35,603 bases of DNA from assembly GCF_000485595.1 (NCBI RefSeq), contig NW_014577067.1, positions 1,142,840 through 1,178,442 of the forward strand, written 5' to 3'. Below, piece by piece: positions 35,448 through 35,603 of the stretch. Every line of letters begins with the position of its first letter. Positions within the stretch are counted from its first letter, which is position 1. This DNA is from Priapulus caudatus. Its lineage: Eukaryota. A model generated the notes under the pieces. That model searched no databases. It was not told the origin of the DNA and saw only the letters and a list, made by a program, of their open reading frames with translations. Position numbers and translations under genes: made by a program.

Positions 35448-35603
35448 CTTCCCTCTCTTTCTCAGAAAGATTGACAGAATGTATGAAAATTGTCTGAAGA
35501 AATGACGCGTGGCTATTAACGATATTCATTTTACCCCACCCCCTCTCTCTGTGTCTCCATGTCTCTCTCACTCTCTCACTCTCCCTTACTCTCTCTCTCT
35601 CTC

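Overview
Eukaryotic (invertebrate animal-like) genomic DNA from a draft assembly, with N gaps and stretches of raw long-read quality. It holds two well-supported spliced + strand genes. (1) HPF1 (histone PARylation factor 1) has six clean GT-AG exons at 6183-9087 plus a first exon encoding a PBZ zinc finger. That exon is garbled at ~1925-2083 but intact in a duplicated block at 10854-10985. (2) A type II membrane protein with a Cys-rich hevein-like module and an SGNH/PC-esterase-type GDS...DxxH domain (22107-23181, 23826-24457). The most unusual structure is in HPF1 intron 1 (2383-5218): a train of five non-autonomous transposon units with TA(G/A)...(C/T)TA ends, separated by six same-orientation copies of the 9-mer AGTCCACAG. 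This is a CRISPR-like architecture, best explained by repeated AcademH-type insertion at a single target. The rest is MITEs (MULE-like with TTAGGG tracts, Harbinger-like, TTAA-flanked), an Academ-like foldback carrying a satellite, Helentron-like pieces, microsatellites, 32-bp and 44-bp satellites, and duplications/inversions that are probably partly assembly artefacts.
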